Shown here one piece after another: positions 9,555-19,840 of a stretch of DNA of 64,000 nucleotides. Both the position numbers and the translations under genes were made by a program. Position 1 is the stretch's first letter, and the number at the start of each line of letters is the position of its first letter. Source of the DNA: Sulfolobales archaeon (lineage in GTDB: Archaea; Thermoproteota; Thermoprotei_A; Sulfolobales; NBVN01); assembly GCA_038841535.1 (NCBI GenBank), contig JAWBTQ010000002.1, forward strand, positions 1 to 64,000. The letters run 5' to 3'. Below the pieces are notes generated by a model. That model ran no database searches, was not told where the DNA came from, and saw only the letters and a program-made list of their open reading frames with translations.

Positions 9555-10499
9555 TTACCTGGGAATAGCTAGGTCCGGTGATCCTCTTTTGCTCTGTACG
9601 GCTTCTGGGAAGAACCTCTTTATGTGCTCTACTGCTATAACTGCCTGTATACCCATTTGCCTGCCTTGCTCTCTAGTTGTTGGAACTCCGTGTGTTTCAA
9701 CTGCTGAGTTACCTGTCTTTATGTGTACGGGGGCAGCCACTCTGACTATCTCGGGGGCCTCAAAATTCCTAATGAATCCGCCGGTGGACCTCGGATTGTC
9801 TACGTGTATGTCTATAGGTATTTTAACTGCTGCTCTTAGAGATGCTATTATAGGTAGTGGTAGGTCCCTAATTGGGTTTATGCTGTCGGCTCCGAGAGAC
9901 TCAAGTAACTTAAAGGATGCCGGATTTGCGTGACCGCAGTGGGCTGACACTTTGAGCTTTACATCCTTAGGTATTTCGCCAGCTTTCTTCATCTCACCAA
10001 GAACCCACAGCAATCCTTCATCGTAGATCACAAAAGCTCGTATACCGAATTCGAGTGCTCTTCTGATGTCTTCTATAGCATACACCAGGTTCTCGACGCC
10101 CCTCAGTCTGTACCCGACTCGGGCTCCCTCTGGAGTACCTGTAGCTCTTTGAGCACTTGTGTCATAAGCAGCTCTCGGACCGACGGACATCACCAGCTCG
10201 AGCTGGAAGTCCTTGGCAAGCTGGACCATTTCCTCTAGTTCTTTATTAGTATGGCGCATTATGCCGTAAGTCTCTGTTATCCTGTTTACAACAACACCAT
10301 GCTTCTCGGTAACCTCGAGAACAGCTCTCATAGCCTCGGCAGTATTGACTGTTGGAATCTCGATTCTGAAGTGTGCCCCATCTGGAAACCTCAGGGGAGA
10401 CGTCGGAAGTTCATATAGGTCATGTCCAGGAAGACCTAGTCTACTTAAGAACTCCCTAGTCTTCTTACCGACTATTAGTTCAGGCACATTTTTCACCAC
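9555..10499 (-). CDS. Conserved TIM-barrel protein of unknown function (resembles proteins loosely annotated as U32-like)
   Basis: 314-aa ORF with LPTS..RFPDGAHFRIEIP, VGPRAAYD, KVSAHCGHANP and GGFIR motifs recognised from a conserved hypothetical family. Confidence 0.6.
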   Translation of the reverse strand: MVKNVPELIVGKKTREFLSRLGLPGHDLYELPTSPLRFPDGAHFRIEIPTVNTAEAMRAVLEVTEKHGVVVNRITETYGIMRHTNKELEEMVQLAKDFQLELVMSVGPRAAYDTSAQRATGTPEGARVGYRLRGVENLVYAIEDIRRALEFGIRAFVIYDEGLLWVLGEMKKAGEIPKDVKLKVSAHCGHANPASFKLLESLGADSINPIRDLPLPIIASLRAAVKIPIDIHVDNPRSTGGFIRNFEAPEIVRVAAPVHIKTGNSAVETHGVPTTREQGRQMGIQAVIAVEHIKRFFPEAVQSKRGSPDLAIPR

Positions 10500-10821
10500 T
10501 AAATGGTTACGAATGGGTTTTAAAGCTTTCGTGATATATCTTCGTTAGCTGTGTACGCTTTAACAAAGAACTAAGAATAAGTAAACTAAGACCATATGCC
10601 GAAACAGCTTTAAACTTTGTGGGCATCATGTTCTACAAGGTTTGGGATTTAGGCGTTGACATAGATAAAGATTTTGATGCGGTCTATAGTATACGTACAA
10701 CCTCTGCGTGAAACGATGTTTTCTAGCTAGAGTTTCCATGAAACTAACGAGGCGCTCAAGTAGTGAGAGCTTACTTTCAAGGAGAGTTTTAAAGCTTTTA
10801 AACTAATCCCATAACAGTAAC

Positions 10822-11514
10822 GTGGGAAATACATTGAGTCAAGCAATGGGGGACTTCACGAACGTAATCTTAACACGGAGAAGTATAAGGAAGTACAAAA
10901 ATGCTGACGTACCTGACGAGGTCCTCCTCAAGGTTTTAGAAGCAGGTAGGTGGGCTCCCAGCGGTGAAGATGCGCAACCGTGGAGGTTTATAGTCATTAA
11001 AGATAAGGCTAAGAGAGAGCTGTTGGGTATGTGGGGTGCTGGAGGTAGTGGTAGGAGGTTTAAATCTGAGTACATGACTAGGGCAATATTCCAAAGAATT
11101 CCGATACCCGACGAAGAAAAGAGGAAGAGGGTGTATAAAAAACTGATTACTGGTGAGGTCTCCGCTTTCATGAAAGACGCGCCTGTCCTTATAGTTGTGG
11201 TCGGAAGGAGAGACGTGTGGGATGCTCCATATGATGTTTCAGCAGCTATAGAGAACATGCTTCTCGCAGCACACGCTTTAGGACTTGGCGCGTGCTGGCT
11301 CGTTGCCCCGGTAATAGACGTTCGCGACGAAAAGAAAGTTAAAGAGCTGTTAAAAGTACCGGAGGAGTATACTGTTGACGCTATAATAGCTCTCGGATAC
11401 CCAGATGAACAGCCTAAGCCGAGACCTAGACTACCGCTAGACGAAATAGTCTTTTACGAAGAATTCGGTAAGAAGTTTTTACCGAGTACTAAAACGGGAG
11501 GTGAGAGCCAATGA
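10822..11514 (+). CDS. Nitroreductase family flavoprotein
   Basis: RRSIRKY, WAPSG..QPWRFIV, AAIENMLLAAHALGLGACW and ALGYP motifs. Start may be 10834 or 10846. Confidence 0.92.
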   Translation: MGNTLSQAMGDFTNVILTRRSIRKYKNADVPDEVLLKVLEAGRWAPSGEDAQPWRFIVIKDKAKRELLGMWGAGGSGRRFKSEYMTRAIFQRIPIPDEEKRKRVYKKLITGEVSAFMKDAPVLIVVVGRRDVWDAPYDVSAAIENMLLAAHALGLGACWLVAPVIDVRDEKKVKELLKVPEEYTVDAIIALGYPDEQPKPRPRLPLDEIVFYEEFGKKFLPSTKTGGESQ

Positions 11515-12014
11515 GTAGTGAAGAACTCGCAAAATATTTTAATGAGCTAATCAAGGGGCTAAAGAAAGCGCTATACGAGCAACGAGGCGACGGCTCCCGT
11601 TTTAGAACCTATCTAATAGGTAGGGAGTTCTTCGCCGAGAAACTGAAGGATAGAGTGTCTGCGGATGAAGATTGGGGTGTCATTCTTAACAAAGTCAGTG
11701 ATGCTGCTAAGAGCCTTGGGCTCGTGAGAGAGATAGAGTTCGGCGTAGAGTATGTTAGAGAGTTTGATGACTTGGTTGTTGGAAGAGTTATTAACGCTAT
11801 TGTGAGAGGATGCGTTCACTCCGCTATAGATAAAGAACTTATGGAGAAGAAGGTGCCACCCTACGTGTTCTGCCCTATAGCAAACGCAATAATGTACGTA
11901 GCAGACGAAGTGAAAAATAGGGGTGAAGCCTCCTCCGAACTGGTAACAGCTAGTATGACAGAGAAAGGATGTGTGCTTACAATATGTGTCTTCGAGAGTC
12001 CGAATAAAGGTTAG
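11511..12014 (+). CDS. Hypothetical protein, possible V4R-like small-ligand-binding domain
   Basis: ATGA overlap with the nitroreductase gene and a GGAGGTGA SD; C-x-H, CP and a terminal Cys in a V4R-like spacing (inferred). Confidence 0.6.
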   Translation: MSSEELAKYFNELIKGLKKALYEQRGDGSRFRTYLIGREFFAEKLKDRVSADEDWGVILNKVSDAAKSLGLVREIEFGVEYVREFDDLVVGRVINAIVRGCVHSAIDKELMEKKVPPYVFCPIANAIMYVADEVKNRGEASSELVTASMTEKGCVLTICVFESPNKG

Positions 12015-12476
12015 GAGGTTTTTATTGATTAAATATTCCTTCAAGGTTTCGTAGCTAAGTCCACTTTCAGTGTGTAGTACAGATCTCGGGCTAGATATAA
12101 ATATAAAACTTAAACCCCCGTTATAAGCTTAAGAAGCGAACCTCGACTCAGACATTGAAAGGCATACACTACGTAATACGTTATAGGTCGCACACTCTAG
12201 GCATTTCCTTTAGAATATTCATGCGACTTAAAGCGACAACGCTAAAATACCCAGCTAACATAAGAGAGTCCAGCTATGTACTTCGCCTTATGAGCACTTG
12301 GCTACTCTTTGTTTACTATATTCGGCCACACCGCAGAAGTTAAGTACCCATTCAGGACTGGTGGAGTTAACCATCAACTTAAAGTTCACTTAGTACGTAA
12401 TGGGGTTATCTCGGTCCTACAATTACCAATATTTATAAACTGCCTGAAGCATAATTTGTATAGAGGATTGATCTAC

Positions 12477-13163
12477 GTGGCACTTTCCAGTATATACGCC
12501 AAGAAGATCTCCAGACCTCTCATCATAGCTGCTCTCCCAGTAAAGCACGTTAGGGATATAGAAAAAATGCATGAAGTAAGCAATATAGTTGACCTTGTCG
12601 AGCTTAGAGTCGATTACATGGAGGATCCACTAGCATTAAACTACGAAAGCCTAGAAAAAGAAAAGGTCTTAATCACCCTACGCGATGCTGATGAAGGAGG
12701 CTTCATAAAACACCCTGATGAGATAAAACTTAGACTACTGAAATACCTCAACGAGCTCGGTATGCTGTACGACGTCGAGATGCGGTTTGTTGAGAAATAC
12801 AATAATAAAGTCAATTACGAGGATAAGATAGTGTCTTACCACGTATTTAACTCTTCCCAACTACTGGATTTAAGTACCTTACGCGCTAAAGCTAGAGAGT
12901 ATCTCGATAAGGTCTTAATTTTTAAGGTTGCCACGGTCACGTTCCCAGGGTACAGAAGCTACCTTACGTCTATCCTAGAGTTAGGAGATAACGTCGCTGT
13001 AATGCCTATGAGCCCAAGCGCTAAAGAGAGAATAGCTTTTGCTTTCCTTGGGTCCAAGATGCTGTTTTGCTGTATAGACACTCCCACAGCGCAGGGGCAG
13101 ATACGCTGTAATCATGTTAAGGAAATACTCAACACTATTGACAAGTACGATAAGATAAACTAG
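12477..13163 (+). CDS. aroD: Type I 3-dehydroquinate dehydratase
   Basis: DLVELRVDY, ITLRD..EGG, YDVE, VSYH (catalytic His), FKVA (Schiff-base Lys) and PTAQGQ motifs. Confidence 0.85.
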   Translation: MALSSIYAKKISRPLIIAALPVKHVRDIEKMHEVSNIVDLVELRVDYMEDPLALNYESLEKEKVLITLRDADEGGFIKHPDEIKLRLLKYLNELGMLYDVEMRFVEKYNNKVNYEDKIVSYHVFNSSQLLDLSTLRAKAREYLDKVLIFKVATVTFPGYRSYLTSILELGDNVAVMPMSPSAKERIAFAFLGSKMLFCCIDTPTAQGQIRCNHVKEILNTIDKYDKIN

Positions 13164-13176
13164 CGGTGTTACGTAG

Positions 13177-14124
13177 TTGTCTGTTCTAGTCACCGGAGGT
13201 TGTGGATACCTAGGTTTACACGTCTTAAAGAGGTTATCCGAAGAAGGATGGAGTGTCGTGAGCTATGACATAACTTCTATTGACTTAAGTCTGCTAGAGA
13301 ACTTCTATAGAATAGACGCTAAAAGAATAAAATTCGTAAAGGGAGACATCCAAGATGTTTTCAAAATTATAGAAACAGTTAAGAGGTATGATGTAGAATA
13401 CGTAGTACACTTAGCAACCTTGCTAACTAGGGAGTCTGAAGAAAACCCGCTGAGAGCGTATAAAGTAAACATCGAAGGAACGCTAAACCTTCTAGAGGTT
13501 TCCAGGCTGTTTGACATCAAAAAGCTTGTTTTCGCTAGCTCTGAAGCTGTTTATGGTGTAACGGGAGAAGAGCCGGTGCATGAGGAGTACCCTAAGAACC
13601 CGGCAACGGTCTACGGGATAACTAAGCTTGCGGCAGAATACCTCGGGATAAGGTACAGTAATATTTATGGTGTCAACTTCGTTGCTCTACGATATCCCAT
13701 GCTCTATGGCCCCGGGGCTTACGCAGGTGGTACTAGACCAATTAACTACATGATAGAAGCAGCAGCAAAGAATGTCCCAGCTACGATACCCTTTGTCGAA
13801 CATATGAAGGTAGAGCCTCTGTACGTAGATGATGGAGTTAAAGCCTTATATCTGGCTCTGAAAACTGAGAGGACTCCAAGTAATGTGTATAACATCGGAA
13901 TAGGGAAAATGTACACTCTAAAAGAGATACTGGAGGCCATCAGAATGACGTACCCTAAGGCAGAAATTAGCTTTGGCGACCAACCAGGAATCTTTGTTTA
14001 CCCTGTGCGGGGACCCTTGAGCATACGGCGCGCACGTGAAGAGCTAGGATACACACCGGATTACGACATTGTAAGCGGAGTAAGGAAATACTCTCAAGTT
14101 CTGGTCAGAGGCTATATAAGTTAG
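13177..14124 (+). CDS. NAD-dependent epimerase/dehydratase (extended SDR)
   Basis: VTGGCGYLG, HLA, VNIEGT, ASS.AVYG and YGITK motifs. Confidence 0.92.
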   Translation: MSVLVTGGCGYLGLHVLKRLSEEGWSVVSYDITSIDLSLLENFYRIDAKRIKFVKGDIQDVFKIIETVKRYDVEYVVHLATLLTRESEENPLRAYKVNIEGTLNLLEVSRLFDIKKLVFASSEAVYGVTGEEPVHEEYPKNPATVYGITKLAAEYLGIRYSNIYGVNFVALRYPMLYGPGAYAGGTRPINYMIEAAAKNVPATIPFVEHMKVEPLYVDDGVKALYLALKTERTPSNVYNIGIGKMYTLKEILEAIRMTYPKAEISFGDQPGIFVYPVRGPLSIRRAREELGYTPDYDIVSGVRKYSQVLVRGYIS

Positions 14125-14206
14125 GTTCAGGTACCCGAGGTCCGTCAATACCAAAGAAAAGGTTAACGATATCCATAGCAGGAGCTCGAAGTCTAACACT
14201 ATTGAC

Positions 14207-14482
14207 CTATCCTCCTTCTAATATGGGCGCGACGATTAGCTTAATTGTTCCATTATGTACCCTCTGCTCTAAGTCAGTCAACTTAGTAGTTGCGAACTCT
14301 GCAGGCGATAGCTGAAGAACACCATGTTCGCTCACTACTGATACTATATAGTCATCCCACCGACAAACTTCGGCACTGTGTTGACATACTTTACTTAAGA
14401 TATCTTTAACACTCATCTCCGGGTCTACATTTACTAGCTCTATCTTAAGTCTTGGAATGACCGAAATGACCACTAGTTTCAC
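14207..14482 (-). CDS. MoaD/ThiS/SAMP ubiquitin-like protein
   Basis: 91 aa ending APILEGG (C-terminal diglycine); divergent from the AOR gene. Confidence 0.7.
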   Translation of the reverse strand: MKLVVISVIPRLKIELVNVDPEMSVKDILSKVCQHSAEVCRWDDYIVSVVSEHGVLQLSPAEFATTKLTDLEQRVHNGTIKLIVAPILEGG

Positions 14483-14590
14483 GATTTTCTCCTAGTTTTT
14501 AGCGTGCTACTGTTTTTATTTTCCCGTTTTAAGCTGAGACCAGACGTAGTTTTAAATCTTTACGTCAAGTTACCTCTAGGTGAAGTCCGG

Positions 14591-16429
14591 ATGACGACAC
14601 TTTACGGTTACGCAGGTAGAATGCTGTATGTAGACCTATCAAATCAGAGAGTTCGTGTGAAAGCTCTGGAGCCTAATGTAGCTAGAGACTACCTGGGTGG
14701 TTCAGGTCTCGCTGCACACATTATCAGAAGCGAGATGGACTTAAGGAGCGATCCTTTTAGTGAGGGAAACTTCCTAGTTATAGCTACAGGACCATTTAAT
14801 GTTCCGTACGTTCCGGCCTCTGCTAGGGTTTCTATTGCAACCAGATCCCCACTTACGAACGCGTGGGGTGAGGCCCACGTCGGCACCAAATTCGCGCTAG
14901 TACTTAAGAAAGCAGGCTTCGATGCTGTAATCGTTTCTGGAAAGTCGGATGAACCTGTTTGGATACACATAGAAAACCAGGACGTGGACATAAAGTGCGC
15001 TAAAGAACTCTGGGGTAAGAGCACCTCCGAGACATTTGAGGAGATAGGGCGTAGAGTGGGTAAGGATGTCAGCTCTTTAGCCATAGGTAAAGCAGGGGAG
15101 AATTTAGTTAGATACTCCAGTATCGTAGCTGACGATGGTGGGGTAGCTGGTCGAAGTGGTGTTGGCGCTGTAATGGGCTTTAAGAAACTAAAGGCTATTT
15201 CGGTTAGCGGTACCGGTGAGGTTCCTCTGGTCGACCTTCACAAGCTAGTAGAGTTTTACAAGAGCCTTGTCGCCAGGATGGTTAAGTCTCCCGGTAGTCA
15301 GAGACTGAAAGGCTTTGGAACAGCCGGAGCCGTCCAAAGGTATTACAAGCTAGGGAACGTTCCAATAAGAAATTTCTCTAGGGGGACATGGAACGATGCG
15401 AGCATTATTAAGATAAGTGGAGAGCACTTAAACAATTACCTCTACAGGCTTAGTCCTTGTTGGGGCTGTCCTATAAGCTGTAAGAGGCTCTCAAAGATCA
15501 AGCACGGGTCTTTAGAGCTAGTAGTTAGAACTCCGGACTACGAGACGGTGTGCATGTTGGGTAGTAACCTACTGATAGATGACACAGAGACTTTGATATT
15601 CGCAAACCACCTGTGCAACGAATACGGCATAGACACGATCTCTCTGGGCGGTGTTCTTGCATTCGCTATGGAGGCATACGAAAGGGGTATAATATCCGAA
15701 GCTGAAACTGAGGGCGTGAGACTTGCCTTTGGTAACACGGACTCCTTAGTGGAGGCTGTGCGTAGAATCTCTGAAAGAAGAGGTAGCTTATGGTACTTGC
15801 TTGGTGAAGGAGTTAAGAAAGCCTGCGAGTTCATAGGAAAGAATTCTTGCGACTTTGCGCTTCACGTAAAGGGTCTGGAAGTTCCCGCGCACGACGGTAG
15901 AGCATTCTTTGTACAGGGATTAAGCTACGCCACAATTAATAGAGGTGCCTGTCATCTTGCTTGGCCGCACAGAATAGCTCAGGGATCAGTTGTTCCTGAG
16001 CTGGGGATAAAAGAGCCTGTCGACAGATTCCAAGTAGACCAAAGCTGGAACATAGTTAAAATAATGCAGGACTACATGGAAGTGTTTGACTCACTAGTTA
16101 TGTGTAAGTATGCTATCTCAGCTGGTGTCGAGGTAAGGGATGTGCTCGAGCTCCTCAAGCTAATTACAGGTTGGGAGATTAGTGCCGCTGAGTTAGCTAG
16201 GACGGGTGAGAGGATATTTACTCTAAAGAGACTACTTAACGTTGAGTGGGGTGTAACTTCGAAAGACGATATGCTCCCACGCAGAATGCTAGAACCTCTC
16301 CAGGAGGGAGGAGCTGCTGGAAAAGTGCCAAACTTAGAGCTAATGCTGAAGAACTACTACGAGATAAGAGGTTGGACTCAGGACGGCATACCTACTGAGG
16401 GAAAACTGAGAGAACTCGGTCTGCTGTAA
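14591..16429 (+). CDS. Tungsten-dependent aldehyde:ferredoxin oxidoreductase family protein
   Basis: SPLT, AGRSGVGAVMG.K.LKAI, CWGCPISC, DTIS, VKGLE.PAHD.R, RGACH, SLVMC and YYEIRGW..DGIP motifs; GGTGA upstream of ATG 14591. Confidence 0.95.
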   Translation: MTTLYGYAGRMLYVDLSNQRVRVKALEPNVARDYLGGSGLAAHIIRSEMDLRSDPFSEGNFLVIATGPFNVPYVPASARVSIATRSPLTNAWGEAHVGTKFALVLKKAGFDAVIVSGKSDEPVWIHIENQDVDIKCAKELWGKSTSETFEEIGRRVGKDVSSLAIGKAGENLVRYSSIVADDGGVAGRSGVGAVMGFKKLKAISVSGTGEVPLVDLHKLVEFYKSLVARMVKSPGSQRLKGFGTAGAVQRYYKLGNVPIRNFSRGTWNDASIIKISGEHLNNYLYRLSPCWGCPISCKRLSKIKHGSLELVVRTPDYETVCMLGSNLLIDDTETLIFANHLCNEYGIDTISLGGVLAFAMEAYERGIISEAETEGVRLAFGNTDSLVEAVRRISERRGSLWYLLGEGVKKACEFIGKNSCDFALHVKGLEVPAHDGRAFFVQGLSYATINRGACHLAWPHRIAQGSVVPELGIKEPVDRFQVDQSWNIVKIMQDYMEVFDSLVMCKYAISAGVEVRDVLELLKLITGWEISAAELARTGERIFTLKRLLNVEWGVTSKDDMLPRRMLEPLQEGGAAGKVPNLELMLKNYYEIRGWTQDGIPTEGKLRELGLL

Positions 16430-16502
16430 AGCGTCTAAGTCAGTATGGGTCGTCTAAAAAAGCTTATTAGCACTCTAAGTCCTTCGTAAACCTTACTTTA
16501 AC

Positions 16503-17297
16503 TTACTCCATTTCGAGTAGTACTCTATGTAGATAGGACACGCTCTCAAAGGCAGCTTCATCGGGATTATTGAAGTATGGAGGTATCTCCACTGAGATGA
16601 AGTTCCTGTAGTTCACTTCTTTGAGTACAGCAAAGAGGGCTCTAAAGTCTATGTCACCAACTCCAGGAACCAAGTGCAAGTGGAGGTGTCCTATAGTGTC
16701 ACTTACGTGTATTATTTTAAGAGAATTTCTATATTTCCTGATTATGAAATACGGGTTTTCGTATACTGCTAGAGCGTGCTCGACATCCAGTACAAGACCT
16801 ATGTCTTGTAGTCTAGTACGCACCTCTTCGTAAAGCTGGTACCTATCTATAGCAGGTATGTATGGAGACAGTAGAGCCCTTATCTCGGGTTCTACTGCTA
16901 CCTCTATTCCATGAGCCCCAGCATAATCTCTGAGCTCCCTTAGAGCTTCCAAGGTAATTTCCAAAGCTTTTTCAAAGCTTTCACCTCGCTTGTACGGAAC
17001 ACCTGGACCTAGGTTAACTATTGGGCAGTCGAGCTTTCTAGCCAGTTCTATCCTCTTTTTACCGAAATCCATGTTTGTATAGGGGTTACCTCCTTGAACT
17101 CCGTATATTGTCAATCCATATTTAGTTATAAGACTCTTAACTGTGCTAATATCGCTCTCACTATATTCTAGCAGATGCGTTCGCGCTATCTCTATACCGT
17201 CATAGCCCATGATGTGGGCCATTCTAATTACTCTATCTATAGAATGGTCTATATATACATTCGTATTAAGCCCTATTCGTAACATATAGGACGCCAC
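16503..17297 (-). CDS. Sugar-phosphate isomerase/epimerase family (xylose-isomerase-like TIM barrel)
   Basis: GYDGIEI, AVEP, LDVEH, IHVSD, HLVPG.GDIDF and SVE motifs. Confidence 0.88.
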   Translation of the reverse strand: MASYMLRIGLNTNVYIDHSIDRVIRMAHIMGYDGIEIARTHLLEYSESDISTVKSLITKYGLTIYGVQGGNPYTNMDFGKKRIELARKLDCPIVNLGPGVPYKRGESFEKALEITLEALRELRDYAGAHGIEVAVEPEIRALLSPYIPAIDRYQLYEEVRTRLQDIGLVLDVEHALAVYENPYFIIRKYRNSLKIIHVSDTIGHLHLHLVPGVGDIDFRALFAVLKEVNYRNFISVEIPPYFNNPDEAAFESVSYLHRVLLEME

Positions 17298-17466
17298 GCC
17301 TCAGTAGATTCTTTTGGGTATTAAAGCTTTGCTTCTACATCTATTTCCAAGGATTTAAAAGTTTCTGCTCTGCCTAACGATCGACTGCTTGGGTCAGTTC
17401 TCAGCCTAGATCGGGTCAGCTTCAACCGTAGTCGCTCTGTCGCTGGATCGAGGTTAAGTGCCACCA

Positions 17467-17482
17467 TAAGTGTCGACACTTA
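17467..17482. promoter_or_regulatory. Perfect 16-bp palindrome in a divergent intergenic region (candidate operator)
   Basis: TAAGTGTCGACACTTA lies between the TIM-barrel gene and the ADH-Ldh-TRAP operon. Confidence 0.4.
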
Positions 17483-17663
17483 GGGAACTATCTGACTCAC
17501 TTCGGAAACACATTAATGGCACATAACTCCAGGTCGACTACTCCTTTTACGCAACTTTCCTCAGTATTGATGCCGAGGCGTTCTCGTAGCCTAAATGCCA
17601 ATTCTCATTGGTGTAGCGAGCCTTATTTAAACCTTATCTATACAGAATTCTGGTGTCCTTAGT

Positions 17664-18674
17664 ATGAAGGCATGCGTATATAGAGGACCTTTCAATGTCG
17701 TCGTTGAAGAATTGAATGCCCCGAAAATAGGAGGCAGAGATGTTCTTGTGAAAATTAATGTGGCTGGCATTTGCGGCTCTGATTTGGAGGTGTTCCGAGG
17801 AAAGAGGAATATACAAACACCTCTCGTGATGGGTCACGAGGCGGTAGGTGTCGTAGTTGAAGTTGGTAGAGACGTGGAACACCTAAGGGCGGGTGACACG
17901 GTTGTAGTAGAGCCGAATGTATATTGTGGTAAGTGCTACTACTGCCGCAAAGGTAGAATGGACATATGCGAAAACAAAGTGATTTACGGCATTAACAGAA
18001 ACGGAGTATTTTCAGAGTACGTCGATGTACCTGAGGCTTTTGCGTGGAGGGTTCCGAACGGAGTATCCCCGCACGTAGCCGTCTTAGTTGAGCCCCTGTC
18101 TGTAGTTCTACGAGCAATTAAACGCTTGAGCTTGTCGCCTTCAGATAACGTACTCATCATCGGGGGTGGACCCTTGGGAGCTATGACAGCGAAAGTTCTG
18201 CAGTACATGAACGTAAACTTTGTAGTTACCGAAGTTATAGAACCAAGGGTATCGATGCTGAAGGAGATTGGGATAGGAAAAGTCGTTAACGCATCTAGGG
18301 AAGACTCGGATGAAACAATTAAATACTACTTCGATGGAGCTAAGGCTGATTACGTCTTAGATACTGTGTCGAATACTAGTAGCTTTATGCAGACGTTTAA
18401 ATGGTTGAGACCTGGGGGTAAAGCGGTAATTCTGGGTCTATTAAGTCATAAGGCAGAGGTCGAGGTGTTTCCTCTAGTTAGAGGTACACTGAGTCTCGAG
18501 GGGTCAGTAATATATTTAGGCGACTATATCGACTCCCTAAGGCTCGTAAGGAGAGAGGATTTCTCTCAAGAGCTAGTCAAAGTTATTACACATAGGTTCA
18601 AACTGGCTGAGTGCGGTGAAGCTTTTAAACTAGCTACTAGCGGAAACTGCTTAAAAGTGGTGTTCGAGCTATAA
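17664..18674 (+). CDS. Zinc-dependent alcohol/polyol dehydrogenase (MDR)
   Basis: GICGSD, GHEAVG, CGKCYYCRKG..DIC, VEPL and GGGPLG motifs. Confidence 0.92.
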   Translation: MKACVYRGPFNVVVEELNAPKIGGRDVLVKINVAGICGSDLEVFRGKRNIQTPLVMGHEAVGVVVEVGRDVEHLRAGDTVVVEPNVYCGKCYYCRKGRMDICENKVIYGINRNGVFSEYVDVPEAFAWRVPNGVSPHVAVLVEPLSVVLRAIKRLSLSPSDNVLIIGGGPLGAMTAKVLQYMNVNFVVTEVIEPRVSMLKEIGIGKVVNASREDSDETIKYYFDGAKADYVLDTVSNTSSFMQTFKWLRPGGKAVILGLLSHKAEVEVFPLVRGTLSLEGSVIYLGDYIDSLRLVRREDFSQELVKVITHRFKLAECGEAFKLATSGNCLKVVFEL

Positions 18675-18683
18675 GTAGAGCAG

Positions 18684-19745
18684 GTGGTTCGCACGGCTTA
18701 CGTTATAGTCAGCCCCAGCGACCTATTCGAGTTCAGTAAAGTCGCCCTAACACGCGCTGGCGTTCCGGAAGAGGACGCTACTATTGTAGCTGACGCCCTA
18801 GTTGCCGCAAATCTTCGCGGAATAGACTCTCACGGAGTTGTAAGACTTCATAGCTACATAGAGAGGATACTGAGGGGGCTTATTAATCCCTCAGCAAAGC
18901 CGCAGATTGTTCGAGACTTTAGTGCAATAGCTCTTGTCGATGGCAATAGTGGTCTCGGATATGTCGCAGCAGTGTATGCCTCTGACCTGGCTGTAGAGAA
19001 AGCTGGAAAGTACGGCATCGGAGTTGTTGGTGTTAGAAACTCAAGTCACTTCGGGATGGCTGCTTATTACGGTATGAGAATAGCTAAGAACAAAATGATA
19101 GGTATTGTCATGTCCAACGCTCCTCCAGCTATAGCTCCATGGGGAGGTAAAGTCGCTAGACTGGGTACGAACCCCATAAGCATAGCTTTTCCGTATGGGG
19201 ACAAACCCATCGTACTTGATATGGCGTTAAGTGTCGTAGCTAGGGGCAAGATAAGACTCGCTGCTCTAAAGAGAGAGAAAATACCTGAGGGTTGGGCTTT
19301 CGATGAAGAAGGGCGCCCCACAACAGATCCGCAGGCAGCACTAAGAGGAACACTAGCCCCCATAGGGGGTCCTAAGGGGTACGGATTAGCTATTGCCGTT
19401 GACATTCTCAGCGGAGTACTCACTGGCTCAGCTTACAGTATTCACGTTAAAGCCCTAGATGACTATAGCGGTCCGAGTGGCACGGGCTTCTTCGTTGAGG
19501 CTATAGACGTGCAGGCCTTCAGGCCATTCGAAGAATATTTGGAGGACCTAGAGAACTTCATAAAAATAATCAAGGAGACTCCTAAGGCTAGTGGGGTCTC
19601 AGAAATATATCTGCCGGGTGAAATAGAGGAGAAGATTTCAAAGCAGAGGCTGAGAGATGGAATTCCGCTGGACCGGGATACAGTGGAATTACTGAAGAAG
19701 ACCGCGCTAATGTTACAATTAGAGTTACCTAAATTTCTAGTATAG
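18684..19745 (+). CDS. Ldh_2 family oxidoreductase (malate/L-lactate/sulfolactate/ureidoglycolate dehydrogenase-like)
   Basis: RGIDSHG, NSSHFG, GTNPI, LDMA.S and GGPKGYGL motifs. Confidence 0.92.
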   Translation: MVRTAYVIVSPSDLFEFSKVALTRAGVPEEDATIVADALVAANLRGIDSHGVVRLHSYIERILRGLINPSAKPQIVRDFSAIALVDGNSGLGYVAAVYASDLAVEKAGKYGIGVVGVRNSSHFGMAAYYGMRIAKNKMIGIVMSNAPPAIAPWGGKVARLGTNPISIAFPYGDKPIVLDMALSVVARGKIRLAALKREKIPEGWAFDEEGRPTTDPQAALRGTLAPIGGPKGYGLAIAVDILSGVLTGSAYSIHVKALDDYSGPSGTGFFVEAIDVQAFRPFEEYLEDLENFIKIIKETPKASGVSEIYLPGEIEEKISKQRLRDGIPLDRDTVELLKKTALMLQLELPKFLV

Positions 19746-19840
19746 CTGTGCCAGCAATTTGTCATCGCTGGTTTTAAGGGTTCTGATAGCGCTAAAAAAG
19801 CTTATTAACCGTACCTGATAATCAGAGTGGTGTAAATACA

